Below, in pieces: positions 36,112-46,192 of a DNA stretch of 64,000 nucleotides. The DNA comes from Thermoanaerobaculia bacterium (GTDB lineage: Bacteria > Acidobacteriota > Thermoanaerobaculia > Multivoradales > Multivoraceae), in the NCBI GenBank assembly GCA_963664405.1, contig OY761158.1, positions 288,001 through 352,000 of the forward strand, written 5' to 3'. How positions within the stretch are numbered: the first letter of the stretch is position 1; each line of letters begins with the position of its first letter. The notes under the pieces are model-generated. The model was given only the letters and a program-made list of their open reading frames with translations, ran no database searches and had not been told where the DNA came from. A program made the translations under genes and the position numbers.

Positions 36112-38358
36112 TCAGCGCTGCCAGAGATAGGTGACCTTGAGAATCAGCTGTCGGGCCTGGGTGTGTCGTTCTTTGAGCGAAGGGGCCGTCCAGTTCTCGT
36201 TGTAGACCAGAAAGATGTCGGCGCCGGGTCGGTAGATCCAGTGGAAGCGGATGTTGACGCCGAGATCCTCGGCGGCCTCGTTGTACTGGGCGATCATGTT
36301 GAGTCGCAGATCGGGGGTGAACGACAGGTCGACTCCCTGACTCCAGAGGTCGATCTCGAAGGCACCCTGCGGCAGCTCGACGTCGTTGTGGGTCCAGGAT
36401 GTGGAGGTGCTAACGAGGCGTGACAGACGGAGATTGACCGTGTTGCTCAAAGAAAGCCAGTCGCCTTCGTAGAACTCGCCCCATTTCTGCCAGCCCGTCC
36501 AGCTCACAGAGCGTGAATCGTCGCTCACCATCAATAGCTCCCAGCCGTCGAACTCGAACAGGCCCGGAGGGATCACCACGCCGGGGAAGATCTCGAACGG
36601 AGCAAACAGCTGCTCCTTGGTACGGACGACTGCCATCTGCCAGAAGTCGTTGGTTTTGAGGATCATACCGATGGGAGAAAGCCAAGTCTCCTCGCTCTCC
36701 AGACGTCCGTCACTGGAGCGGTCGAAGCGGCTGTACGTGCCCTCGGACCACCAGGAGCGGATACCCGCGCGCTCGATCCGCGGTTGCCAGATAAAGCGAG
36801 GGTTGAGGAGGCGAAAGTCGTCGCGCAACAGAAAGCCCACGCCCGGATCGAAGTTCTGCTGCGACTCGAGGAAGTCCACGGACGTCGTGAGTGTCGGGCC
36901 CTGGTACTCGATGCCGGCCCCGAAGGATGCATCGTCGTCCTCGATGCCCGGCACCTCGCTGCGGCTGAAAAAACCGTTGGCCTGGAGGCTCTGGGTCGGC
37001 TTGATCTCGACATCGAAGCCGTAGAGGTTTTCAGCCCCGCCGTCGTCCGGATCGCGCTGAGTGAAGATGGCGCCTACGCTGGAGCGCTCACCGAGGTTGC
37101 GCTTTACCCTCGCGACGGCAAAGCCGGTCTGCGGCACCCTCCCGCCCGCGACCTCCGCCGCCTCGGTGCCGACGCCGAGAAAGCCGAGGTTCCATTCGCC
37201 GAGCCGGCCGGTGAGGCGAGCCCCCGCCTCGATCGGCACCGCCTCGCCACCCTCGAGCCCGATGCGCCGCGAGAAGAAGGCCTTCATCAGGGCGGGCTTC
37301 CACGGCACTCTCTGAATGGGGCCGAACTCGAAGATACCCGCGTTCTCGAGAAAGAAGTCGCGCTTCTCGGGAAAGAACAGAGAAAATCGAGTGAGGTTGA
37401 CTCGCAGATCGTCGACCTCGACCTCGGCAAAGTCGGTGTTGTAGGTGAGATCGAGGGTCAGAGACTTGCTCAGCCCCCATTTGACGTCCAGACCGCCCTC
37501 GATGTCGGTCGTCGAAGTACCGCTCGGAGGTTCTTCGGAGCCTGTGGCGAGGAGGTACGGCTTGATGTCGAGGCTACGCGATCGCCGCAGGCCGGCGAGC
37601 CCGGTCAGTGTACCGGCCAGGGAAACTCGGTAGGCCGCGACCTGGGTGACGGTCTCGGAGGTAATGGCTGCGGCGGAGCGCGGCAGATTCGCCCAGTTCA
37701 CCTCTTCGCCTTTGCGGCGGATGATCCGCTGCACATTCAGGCCCCAGCGATCGAGTGTCGGATCGAAGCGCAAGGTCGAGAAAGGGATGGCGATCTCCGC
37801 CGTCCAACCTTCGGTCGTTCGCCGGGCCTTTACCGACCACACACCGTCCCACTCGGTGTTGATGTCGCGGCCCTCGTCGGTGATCAGTGCATCGTGACGA
37901 GCCCCGTTCGGGTTGGTGGAGAAGGCGAAGGAGTTGCGGCCGTCGAGAAAGGTGTCGAAGACCAGCAGAAAAGAGTCGTCGGCGATGAGAGTGCCGTCAC
38001 GCTCCATCTCCTTGGCGATGATCTTCGCGGGCTCGCGATCGAAGGCGCGCAACGCCACGTAGAGTGTCGAGGGGGTGTAGACGATCGAGAACTCCGTCCG
38101 TTCGGTAGCCGGCTCTCCTTCGCGGGGCTCCCGTTGCCAGAAACCCGTACCGACCTCGGCACGTCCCCAGGCGGGCTCATCGAGCCGAGCGTCGACGAGG
38201 ATCGGCCGGTCGATCGCGAGTGCCTCGATCGAGGGGCGCGTGGCGAGAGCGGCATCGACCTGAGCCACCGCCGGGGCACAGAGCGTTAGCGGGAGGACGA
38301 CGAGAGTCAGGACTCGCAGACAGAGCCAGGAACTGACTGCGCGGCTGATGTCGGCCAT
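36112..38358 (-). CDS. CBM9-like + DUF5916 outer-membrane protein (start uncertain)
   Basis: VDARLDEPAW, GWTAEIAIPFSTLRF, LTYNTDFAEVEVD...NLTRFSLFFPEKRDFFLE. Confidence 0.8.
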   Translation of the reverse strand: MADISRAVSSWLCLRVLTLVVLPLTLCAPAVAQVDAALATRPSIEALAIDRPILVDARLDEPAWGRAEVGTGFWQREPREGEPATERTEFSIVYTPSTLYVALRAFDREPAKIIAKEMERDGTLIADDSFLLVFDTFLDGRNSFAFSTNPNGARHDALITDEGRDINTEWDGVWSVKARRTTEGWTAEIAIPFSTLRFDPTLDRWGLNVQRIIRRKGEEVNWANLPRSAAAITSETVTQVAAYRVSLAGTLTGLAGLRRSRSLDIKPYLLATGSEEPPSGTSTTDIEGGLDVKWGLSKSLTLDLTYNTDFAEVEVDDLRVNLTRFSLFFPEKRDFFLENAGIFEFGPIQRVPWKPALMKAFFSRRIGLEGGEAVPIEAGARLTGRLGEWNLGFLGVGTEAAEVAGGRVPQTGFAVARVKRNLGERSSVGAIFTQRDPDDGGAENLYGFDVEIKPTQSLQANGFFSRSEVPGIEDDDASFGAGIEYQGPTLTTSVDFLESQQNFDPGVGFLLRDDFRLLNPRFIWQPRIERAGIRSWWSEGTYSRFDRSSDGRLESEETWLSPIGMILKTNDFWQMAVVRTKEQLFAPFEIFPGVVIPPGLFEFDGWELLMVSDDSRSVSWTGWQKWGEFYEGDWLSLSNTVNLRLSRLVSTSTSWTHNDVELPQGAFEIDLWSQGVDLSFTPDLRLNMIAQYNEAAEDLGVNIRFHWIYRPGADIFLVYNENWTAPSLKERHTQARQLILKVTYLWQR

Positions 38359-38441
38359 CTTAGTCCAAGTGTTCGACAGTCTGCCGCGCGCCCAAGGCCC
38401 GAAGAAGGTGCGCTGCGGACAACACCCGGTGAAGTGAGGAC
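38351..38441 (-). repeat. ~90-bp upstream element, copy 2
   Basis: Homologous to 30485-30574; minus-strand TGGACTAAGAT. Confidence 0.75.
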
Positions 38442-38461
38442 ACCGCAACCGTAGGTGAGCT

Positions 38462-39943
38462 TCACCTTCCTGAACTTCGCGGAGCTTGCGGAAAGAAGCG
38501 AGCCAGTCGCGCCTCTTCTGGAGGGGCCGTGACCAGCGAGACGCCGATCAGCACCACCGTCGAGACCAGAAACATCACAGCTACCGGCATCACACCGCTA
38601 TCGGCGACCGTATAGCCGGGAGATCCCCAGCCCCGCGAAAAGAAGAAGATCCAAAGTGCAACCACAGTGAAGACCGCACTGAGCGCTCCCGCCGCGCTCG
38701 CTCGACGCCAGTACAGGGCGGCGACGACGATCGGAAAAAGAGCGGCGAAGCCGGTAAAGGACCATACTGCGAGACCGAAGATACTGCTCCGCGCCACCAG
38801 TGAGAGAAGGAAGGTCGCAGCGATCACGGCAGCGATGAAGATGCGCCCAGCGCGTACTTTCGCCACCTCCTCCATCTTTCCACCATAGACATAGCGCTGC
38901 AGGATGTCCTGCGTGAACATCGCACCCAGGGCTAGAGACTGCGAATCTAGAGAAGACATGATCGCCGCCAACACCCCCGCCGCCAGCAGACCAGAAAGAA
39001 GTTCAGGTGCGTGCAGATCGATCATGCGTACCAGAATGGAGTTGGCGGCCGGTCCTTGGAGACCGGGGAAATCCAGATTGCCGAGGGCGCCAAGCAGTAC
39101 GCTCGGCACCCACACCACCGCGATGCACAGGGGGTAGAAGATGATCGGGGCTCGGAAGGTCCCGGCACTCTTTGCCGACAACCAATGGGAGAAGATGTGG
39201 GGGAACATCCCCACCGACAAGGGTATGAAGGTATAGGTGAAGAGCTCGATGCGCCCGAAGACTTCACCCCGGATCAGCAGCTCAGGCTGCTCGGTCGCCA
39301 GCCGGGCCATGGCGACTCCCAGTCCTCCCATCCGATCAAGAACGACGGCAACGGTCACTCCGCCGAGAATCATGAAAACCAGGGTCTGAAATGTGTTCAC
39401 CCAGGCGGTTCCACGCATCCCTCCGTAGCTGACGTAGGCCACCACTACCACCGACACCACCAGCGCACCGACCCACTGGGGGATGTCGCCACCGGTGATC
39501 TCGTTCAAGGTGATGCCGCCGCCGAGGATTCCAATCAGGAGGTAGGGCACCAACAGCGTCACCAAGACCACAAAGAGGACGATGCCGAGAGCCTCCGACT
39601 GGAATCGCTCGCGAAAGTACTCCACCTGGGTGAGAAAGCCATGCTCTTTGCCCAGCGCCCATACTCGTGTGCCGACGAAAAAGAAGACAACGGGCACCAC
39701 CAGCGCCGAGGAGGAAGCCATCAGCGAAAAGACGCCGATACCGACCCGATAAGACTCGGCCGAGGCACCGAGAAGCGCGAACGAGGTCATATGGGTGCCG
39801 AAGAGGGTCATCAGCAGAACGAAGGGTCCGATACTGCGATCGGCAACGAAGTACCCCTCTCCCGTACTGCGCAGAAAGCGATGGCTCTGCGCCCCTACCA
39901 GGAGCACTAGGACCAGATACAGGGCGAGGATCGCAAGAGTCAC
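38462..39943 (-). CDS. Sodium:solute symporter family protein
   Basis: YFVADRSIG, GGMRGTAWVNTFQ, LAAIMSSLDSQ. Confidence 0.92.
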   Translation of the reverse strand: MTLAILALYLVLVLLVGAQSHRFLRSTGEGYFVADRSIGPFVLLMTLFGTHMTSFALLGASAESYRVGIGVFSLMASSSALVVPVVFFFVGTRVWALGKEHGFLTQVEYFRERFQSEALGIVLFVVLVTLLVPYLLIGILGGGITLNEITGGDIPQWVGALVVSVVVVAYVSYGGMRGTAWVNTFQTLVFMILGGVTVAVVLDRMGGLGVAMARLATEQPELLIRGEVFGRIELFTYTFIPLSVGMFPHIFSHWLSAKSAGTFRAPIIFYPLCIAVVWVPSVLLGALGNLDFPGLQGPAANSILVRMIDLHAPELLSGLLAAGVLAAIMSSLDSQSLALGAMFTQDILQRYVYGGKMEEVAKVRAGRIFIAAVIAATFLLSLVARSSIFGLAVWSFTGFAALFPIVVAALYWRRASAAGALSAVFTVVALWIFFFSRGWGSPGYTVADSGVMPVAVMFLVSTVVLIGVSLVTAPPEEARLARFFPQAPRSSGR

Positions 39944-40194
39944 GGTGAGCCTCCCCCATCACTCACGCCCTCCGACCGCGGCGCGCCCGCTCCGCCCGAC
40001 TCGGCCGCCGAGAATTGGGCGGGCCAGGCAAAGCGCACCAGCAGCGCCATCGCACCGATGACTACGAAGCAGTAGAGCAGGTGGTAGGTCAAGCCGACCG
40101 GCAGACCGAGCAGCAGGCGCGCGTCCTGCCACAGCCACCAGTCGTTGTGGGCGAGATAGAGAACGAAAAGGCCCAGGTAGAGGAGGCGGCGCAT
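39940..40194 (-). CDS. Small membrane protein (DUF3311-like symporter accessory)
   Basis: Two TM segments, HNDWWLW, LGLPVGL; coupled to the SSS gene. Confidence 0.8.
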   Translation of the reverse strand: MRRLLYLGLFVLYLAHNDWWLWQDARLLLGLPVGLTYHLLYCFVVIGAMALLVRFAWPAQFSAAESGGAGAPRSEGVSDGGGSP

Positions 40195-40228
40195 ACCGTC
40201 GCTCGAGACCAACCCTCGCCTGGCGAAG

Positions 40229-41494
40229 CTAGACCGTTTTCTCCATCGCCGCGGGGTAGGCGTCGGCGGGGAGCTTGCACATCGTAGCCAGATGCGCGAA
40301 CAGATCTTCGAAATCGCGGTCGAAGACCTTCCCGGTGAGGATGTGGATGATGTCCTTCTGATGCTGCGGGTACTTCCGCAGAAAGTCTCCGAAGCTGAAA
40401 TCCTCGGAGTAGAAAGCATGTACCAGAGAGCGCACCGACGCTATGCCCTGCGCCAGCGTCGGGCCGAAAGTACCCAACCTTTCAGCGCTCCAGTCCTCGC
40501 ACGCAAAGGCCTCGATGATCGCGTCCGCGGCCATCTCGCCCGACTTCAGAGCGAGCAGGACCCCCGAAGAATAGACCGGGTCGATGAAGCTGTAGGCATC
40601 CCCCACCAACACCCAGCCGGGACCCGAGATACTCGAAGAGCGATAGGAAAAGTCGCGCAGGACCGAGATCTCGCGAGCCAGGCTGGCCCCCTCGAGGCGC
40701 TCTTGTACCGGCGCACATTTGCGCACCTCATCGAAGAAGGTCTCCTTGGGGCTGTTGCTACGCCCTCCTATCAGATAGTCGACGGCGCCGACGACACCGA
40801 CACTGACGCGGTCGCCGGGCATCGGGATATACCAGAACCACGACTTCGCATCTTCGGTGTGGAGGATCAATGTAGCGCCTTCATCGATGCCCTCGTCGCG
40901 CCTGCCTCCCTCGAAGTGGGTGAAGATCGAAGCATGCCTCAAATAGGGGTCGGTCTTTCTCAGGCCCAGCTTGCGGGCAAGGAGCGAGCTCTGACCGGTG
41001 GCGTCGACCACCACCTTGGCGCTGAGCTCGAGTGGCGCCTCACCCTCTACTTCAACCACCGCACCACGGGCGCGCTCACCCTCGAAGAGCACGTCTCGGA
41101 CCCTGGCGTTGCGAACCACTTCGGCCCCACGCTTCTGCGCCACCCCGAGAAGGAGGTCGTCGAACTCGTGACGGAGCACCTGCCAAGTAGCGGAGCTCTC
41201 GTGGTCGTTCTCTTCGAAGAAGTAGAAAGGTCGCGAGGCTCGCCCGCTCTTGCTAAAGAACTGGACCGAGTGCTTGCGTGGAAAGTGGCTCGCCTCCAAG
41301 GCTTCGACGACGCCGAGACGCTTCAGCGTCCAGTAGGTCTCCGGCATCAAAGACTCGCCGATCTTGAAGCTCGACGGCTGAAGCTTCTCCACCACCAGCA
41401 CAGACAGATCGCCCTCGGCGCAGAGGGCAGCGGTGGTCGCCCCGGCGGGGCCGCCGCCGATCACGATGACGTCGTAGTCGCGAGCTCTGATCAT
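40229..41494 (-). CDS. Flavin-dependent halogenase-like FAD oxidoreductase
   Basis: GGGPAG, IGESL, FPRK, WFWYIP (WxWxIP), GDAYSFIDPVYSSGV. Confidence 0.85.
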   Translation of the reverse strand: MIRARDYDVIVIGGGPAGATTAALCAEGDLSVLVVEKLQPSSFKIGESLMPETYWTLKRLGVVEALEASHFPRKHSVQFFSKSGRASRPFYFFEENDHESSATWQVLRHEFDDLLLGVAQKRGAEVVRNARVRDVLFEGERARGAVVEVEGEAPLELSAKVVVDATGQSSLLARKLGLRKTDPYLRHASIFTHFEGGRRDEGIDEGATLILHTEDAKSWFWYIPMPGDRVSVGVVGAVDYLIGGRSNSPKETFFDEVRKCAPVQERLEGASLAREISVLRDFSYRSSSISGPGWVLVGDAYSFIDPVYSSGVLLALKSGEMAADAIIEAFACEDWSAERLGTFGPTLAQGIASVRSLVHAFYSEDFSFGDFLRKYPQHQKDIIHILTGKVFDRDFEDLFAHLATMCKLPADAYPAAMEKTV

Positions 41495-41496
41495 GT

Positions 41497-43584
41497 CTAT
41501 TGGCGGAAGTCGAGCGAGACGAAAACCGAGGTTCCCGCCGCCGGGATCACCGAAGTAGAACCGAAGCCTCGGGTGTCGTATTCCTCGTCGGTGATGTTCT
41601 TGAGGTTCAAGGCCAGCCGCCACTGATCGCGATCCCAGAACACCGAAGCGTCGAAGCTCAGGGCGTCCTCGACTTTGAACACGTTGTCCTCAGCGATGAA
41701 ATGAGAGCCAACGTAGCGCCCACCGCCACCGACACCGATTCCATTGGCGAAAGTCTTGGCGATCCAGAAATTCCAGGTGTCGCGCGGCGCAAAGGCCGGG
41801 TCATTGCCGGAGCGATCGAGCAGCAGCGGCGTAAAGAAGGGGGGAATAAGGAGGAGCTCGTTGAACTCGACGAGCTCCGAGTCGTTGTAGGAACAGGCGA
41901 GCTGATAGTGCAATCCGCCGATCGCGCCGGCCAGCTCCGCTTCGACGCCCTGCGATCGCTGGGTGCCGATCTGAGCGGTGAAGCCGTTATCGTCGAAGAT
42001 CGCCATGTTCTGGCGCTCGAGATGGTAAAGGGAGAGCGATCCCTGCATCCGGCGAGTAATGTCGCCTTTGAGACCGATCTCGATCTGCTCGCTCTCCTCG
42101 GGCTCCAGCTCTCCGGAAGCCCTCGTCGACGGCGGGGAGAAGCTTCTGCCCAGGTTGAGGTAGGTCGCGACGCGGGGCGAGGGAGAGTAGACCAGCCCGA
42201 GCAGCGGGCTCACCTCGTCGTCATCGCGAACCACACCGGCGAACCTGTCCTCGAACTCCATCATGTCTAGCCTGGCGCCCCAGAAGACCTGGAACTGGTC
42301 GGAGACCTGGACCCGATCGAGGAAGTAGGGAGCAATCACCTGGCGCCTCGAATCGCCGAACTGACTGAATCCCGGAATCGGCGGCCCAGGAGACGTCGCC
42401 GTCTCCACCGGATCGAAGAGCGAGATCGGCGGCAGCCCCGTGACGTCGATCTGAAACTCGTCCCGGCGCTCGGTGATCTCGAGCCCAAACAGCCAGCTGT
42501 GCTTCATGGTGGTGAGCTCGGCCTCGAATTGATCTCCTATAAAAAGCTGTCTGTCGTCGAGCGGAATCAAGATGCGAAACAAGAACAGATCGCCGGTCTG
42601 AATCGGGAACACTCCATTGAAAATGGTGCCGTCACTGCGCCAATCGAGCTCACTGGAGTACACCTTGTTGTGGAGACTCAGCGAGCCGCCGATCATCGAC
42701 TCCCAATCGACCCTCAGGCGTGTCACATCCTGAACCGAGAAGTCGAAGGGAGACTGGTAGGACCGCTTGCGGGGAAGATCGAAGCTCATCGCGCCCGAGA
42801 TCGGCAGACCCACATCCGGGGAATACTCGTTCTCCATCACTTCCACGTCGAAACGGAGCTCACCGCTCCTGCCCAAGGAGAGATCCAGCACGGGGTTCAA
42901 GGCGAAGCTGTTGTTGTCTTTGTCGTCACGGTAGCCCTCCGAATCGTGCGCCATCCCGTTGAGGCGAAAGCGCGCCCGGCCGTCGTTGTCGGCGAAGTTG
43001 ACATCGAAGCGGCCGCGCACAGTGTCATAACTGCCCGCGCCGACACCGGCCCTCCAGAACTTCCGGCTGGCCGGCTTGACGCGCAGCAGGTTGACCGTAC
43101 CGGCGAGCGGGTTGCCACCGTAGAGAAAGCCTCCTGGCCCTTTGAGCACTTCGACGCGTTCAACGTTGTAGAGCTGGTAAAAAGTAGCCTCGGGCTCAGC
43201 CACACCATCGGTCAGAACGAGGCCACCCGACAAAGAGTCGAAGCCACGAATGAGGAAGAAGTCGTTCACTCCCGCATTAGTGTGAACATTCACGCCACTG
43301 ACGTTGCGAAGTGCATCGGTCAGCGTCACGCTGTTCTGTTCGGTCGATAGCGCTCGAGTGACCACACTGACCGAAGCCGGAGTCAGCCGGAGAGGAACGT
43401 CTACCTTCGCGGCAATGCTCGCCGAGCGAGCCGCCGTTCCGGCACTTCCCTCGACAAAGATCTCTTCACTGAAGCGCTCCTCGCTGTCGGAGGTGGCCTC
43501 GGCCTTGTCCTGGGATAGAGCTGGAGTGACGACCAGAGCGAGGCACACGACCAGACCGATCAGGGCCCCTCTGTCGCGGGTCAC
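41497..43584 (-). CDS. TonB-dependent siderophore-type receptor
   Basis: TPASVSVV, LRNVSGV, IRGF, VERVEVLKGP, LNLKNITDEEY. Confidence 0.9.
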   Translation of the reverse strand: MTRDRGALIGLVVCLALVVTPALSQDKAEATSDSEERFSEEIFVEGSAGTAARSASIAAKVDVPLRLTPASVSVVTRALSTEQNSVTLTDALRNVSGVNVHTNAGVNDFFLIRGFDSLSGGLVLTDGVAEPEATFYQLYNVERVEVLKGPGGFLYGGNPLAGTVNLLRVKPASRKFWRAGVGAGSYDTVRGRFDVNFADNDGRARFRLNGMAHDSEGYRDDKDNNSFALNPVLDLSLGRSGELRFDVEVMENEYSPDVGLPISGAMSFDLPRKRSYQSPFDFSVQDVTRLRVDWESMIGGSLSLHNKVYSSELDWRSDGTIFNGVFPIQTGDLFLFRILIPLDDRQLFIGDQFEAELTTMKHSWLFGLEITERRDEFQIDVTGLPPISLFDPVETATSPGPPIPGFSQFGDSRRQVIAPYFLDRVQVSDQFQVFWGARLDMMEFEDRFAGVVRDDDEVSPLLGLVYSPSPRVATYLNLGRSFSPPSTRASGELEPEESEQIEIGLKGDITRRMQGSLSLYHLERQNMAIFDDNGFTAQIGTQRSQGVEAELAGAIGGLHYQLACSYNDSELVEFNELLLIPPFFTPLLLDRSGNDPAFAPRDTWNFWIAKTFANGIGVGGGGRYVGSHFIAEDNVFKVEDALSFDASVFWDRDQWRLALNLKNITDEEYDTRGFGSTSVIPAAGTSVFVSLDFRQ

Positions 43585-43678
43585 TAGACCGGATTTTCTT
43601 TGATAGGACATAAGAACCACTTTCTTGGATTACAAGCAGACGATCGGCACAAGGTCTGATGGGCTGATCCGGTTGGGC

Positions 43679-45016
43679 TCAAGTATAGCGGGAGTCGCGG
43701 TACTGAGGATCGTAAAACTCGGGCAGGAGTTGGTCCACGCGCAAAAGCCCCGCGCGACTCAGGCGAATCTCGTTGTCCTCGACTTTCAGCATTCCTTGCT
43801 CGCAGAGCTTCTTCAGGGGGCCGTCGAAGACGTCTAGGGGGTCGACACCAAACTTGTCGAGAAAGTAGGCGCGGTCCGCACGGCCTGTTTTCAGCGACAG
43901 GATGAGCTCTCGAGTCAGCCGTTCTTCGGGCGTGGTGACGAAGGCTCGGGCTATGGGCAAGCCATCTCCGCCCGCCGCTTCGAGGTAGTCGCTCCAACGG
44001 TCGAAGTTCTGATAGTGAACGCCACTCATTTGCGAGAAGGAGGAGACACCCGCCCCGATCATGTCGCTGCCATGCCAAACCGCGTCGGCATAGACAAAGC
44101 GGGGTCGAGGCTTGCGGTCCGTCTTCAACACCGTATAGGCGCTCCACGCTTCGTACCCCGCCTCTTCGAACTTCTCGAACGCGTAGGCGTGCCATTCTCT
44201 CTTGAGACTCCATGAGGCGAATTCCTGCCCGTCGCCGCCTTCGAGCACTCCCTTCGAGTAGACCGTATTGAAGGGAAGCTCCATCTGATAGAGAGTGACA
44301 CTGTCGGGCTCGTAGGCGATGGTGCGATCGACGGTCTCACGCCAGGTGTCCCAGGTCTCCCCCACCATCCCTGCGATGAGATCGATATTCAGCTGGCGAA
44401 AGTCCAGCTCCGCAATCCAAGGACGAACGCGATCTATCTCAACGGATTCGTGAGCGCGACCGTTCTCGCGCAAAATCTCGTCGTTGAAATTCTCGACGCC
44501 GAGGCTGAGGCGGGTGACTCCGATCTCCCGGATCACTTCGAGCTTGGTCCTGGTCAGGGTGCCTGGCTCGCACTCGAAAGCGACCTCCTCCGCCTGATCC
44601 CATGGCAGTGCAGCTTTGAGCCTTGTAACCAGCGATCCGAGCTGTTTGGCCGAAATGTAGGAGGGAGTCCCCCCACCGAAGTAGATGAAGCGAAGCGGGC
44701 GCCCGGCAACGGCAGGCATCTGGCTGTAACGCTCCACCTCGGCCGCCATGCTGTCGAGGTAGTCGCGAACCTCATCACTGTTCTTGTCGATGAAGACTCT
44801 GAAGTAACAGAACTTGCAGCGGCGTCGGCAGAAGGGGATATGGAGGTAGAGACCCAGCGTCGCGTCGGGTCGAGGAGGCTGCCCCAGGGCCTCCTTTGCC
44901 TTGGGCACCGATTCGGCGTTCCAGAACGAGTAGGGAGGGTAGTTGGAGACGAAGACACTACCGACCTGGGTCGCCTCCTGGTCGAGTCTGGCTGTCGCTG
45001 GTTCTGCTATGGACAT
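43679..45016 (-). CDS. HemN-like radical SAM protein
   Basis: LYLHIPFCRRRCKFCYF (CX3CX2C), YFGGGTPS, RLSLGVE, NIDLIAG. Confidence 0.92.
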   Translation of the reverse strand: MSIAEPATARLDQEATQVGSVFVSNYPPYSFWNAESVPKAKEALGQPPRPDATLGLYLHIPFCRRRCKFCYFRVFIDKNSDEVRDYLDSMAAEVERYSQMPAVAGRPLRFIYFGGGTPSYISAKQLGSLVTRLKAALPWDQAEEVAFECEPGTLTRTKLEVIREIGVTRLSLGVENFNDEILRENGRAHESVEIDRVRPWIAELDFRQLNIDLIAGMVGETWDTWRETVDRTIAYEPDSVTLYQMELPFNTVYSKGVLEGGDGQEFASWSLKREWHAYAFEKFEEAGYEAWSAYTVLKTDRKPRPRFVYADAVWHGSDMIGAGVSSFSQMSGVHYQNFDRWSDYLEAAGGDGLPIARAFVTTPEERLTRELILSLKTGRADRAYFLDKFGVDPLDVFDGPLKKLCEQGMLKVEDNEIRLSRAGLLRVDQLLPEFYDPQYRDSRYT

Positions 45017-45031
45017 GTTCCTGATGCGCGC

Positions 45032-46192
45032 TCAACCGAAGCAGTAGATCACTCCGTCGAGGCTAGAGATTACCAGTCGGCTCTGTGCGACACTGGGAGA
45101 CGCCGCAAAGGCGGAGCCAGTCTCATACGACCACACCTTCTCGCCGGTGACGATATCCAAGGCGAGAACCTCACCTCGTGTGGTGGCGAGAAACGCTCTC
45201 GAGCCGACGATCACCGCCGAAGAATCTACCCGAGAACCGGCAGGGTACGTCCACAGGGCCTCTCCCGTATTCGCGTCGAGCGCATGAACGATCTTGTCGC
45301 GACCGCCAATGATGACGAGCTCCTCGGTAGCCGCCGCGGACGCGTAATAGGGGAACTTGCGCTCGGGGTGCTCGTAGCTCCAAGACAACTCACGGGTCTC
45401 CAGGTCCAGACCCAGAACCTGGTTGCTGTAGGTGCCCACATAAGCGCGATTACCCACCACCGCCGGGCTTGCCCCGGTCTGGCCCTGGAGATCGATCTTG
45501 GTCTCGACCGAGCCATCCTCGAGGTTCACCAGCCAGAGATAGCCGTCACACCCCGAAACGGTCGTGAAGTCACCGAAAATCGCCGGTGTGCCATGAACGT
45601 AGCCATCGGTCTCCACCTGCCAGGCGAGCGAGCCGTCATCCGACTTCAGACAGTAGAGCGAGTTGTCGTAAGAACCGAAAACGAGATGGTCGCCGTGAAA
45701 ATTCGCTCCCGAAACGATGCCTGCAAGGGTCTCGAAGCTCCACTTCTCAACCCCCGAGGCGGTGTCGACGGCATGAAAGAAGCCCATCTCGTCGCCGAAA
45801 TAGACCACTCCGTCGCGGACCGAGGGCGACGACTTGATCTCTTCGCCAATCTCGAGCTTCCAGCGAATCTCGCCCACTTCGAGGTCGATGGCATAGAAAG
45901 AGCCGTCATACGCACCCACGTAGACAGTCCCGTCGACAATAGCGGCCGTAGACTCGATGTCACTGCCGACGTCAAGACTCCACAGCAGCTCAGGCTGATC
46001 GACCAGGGAAGTCCTGGCCACCCCGTCCAGGGTCGGTCCGCCTCGGAAGAGGGGCCATTGCGAGTTGTCGACCCCGGCGCCACGTTCCGAGGGCGCCGCG
46101 GAGTCGGCCACCTCTTCGGTGCGATCTGCACATGCGGTCATGAGGATCGGGAGGCAACAAGCGGCCAAGGTCCGGGCGGAAGCACGTCTCAT
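45032..46192 (-). CDS. PQQ/BamB-like beta-propeller lipoprotein
   Basis: Lipobox-like ILMTAC, WPLFRG, eight SSP..DG.VY.G repeats. Confidence 0.88.
   Translation of the reverse strand: MRRASARTLAACCLPILMTACADRTEEVADSAAPSERGAGVDNSQWPLFRGGPTLDGVARTSLVDQPELLWSLDVGSDIESTAAIVDGTVYVGAYDGSFYAIDLEVGEIRWKLEIGEEIKSSPSVRDGVVYFGDEMGFFHAVDTASGVEKWSFETLAGIVSGANFHGDHLVFGSYDNSLYCLKSDDGSLAWQVETDGYVHGTPAIFGDFTTVSGCDGYLWLVNLEDGSVETKIDLQGQTGASPAVVGNRAYVGTYSNQVLGLDLETRELSWSYEHPERKFPYYASAAATEELVIIGGRDKIVHALDANTGEALWTYPAGSRVDSSAVIVGSRAFLATTRGEVLALDIVTGEKVWSYETGSAFAASPSVAQSRLVISSLDGVIYCFG

Noticed and set aside
43585-43678. Fur-like box or RiPP precursor between radical SAM and TBDR genes
   Set aside because: AT-rich AAGAAAGTGGTTCTTATG only loosely resembles a Fur box; no convincing small ORF with an RBS.
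43679-45016. Assigning hemN (heme biosynthesis)
   Set aside because: No heme-pathway neighbours; family motifs alone do not fix the reaction.
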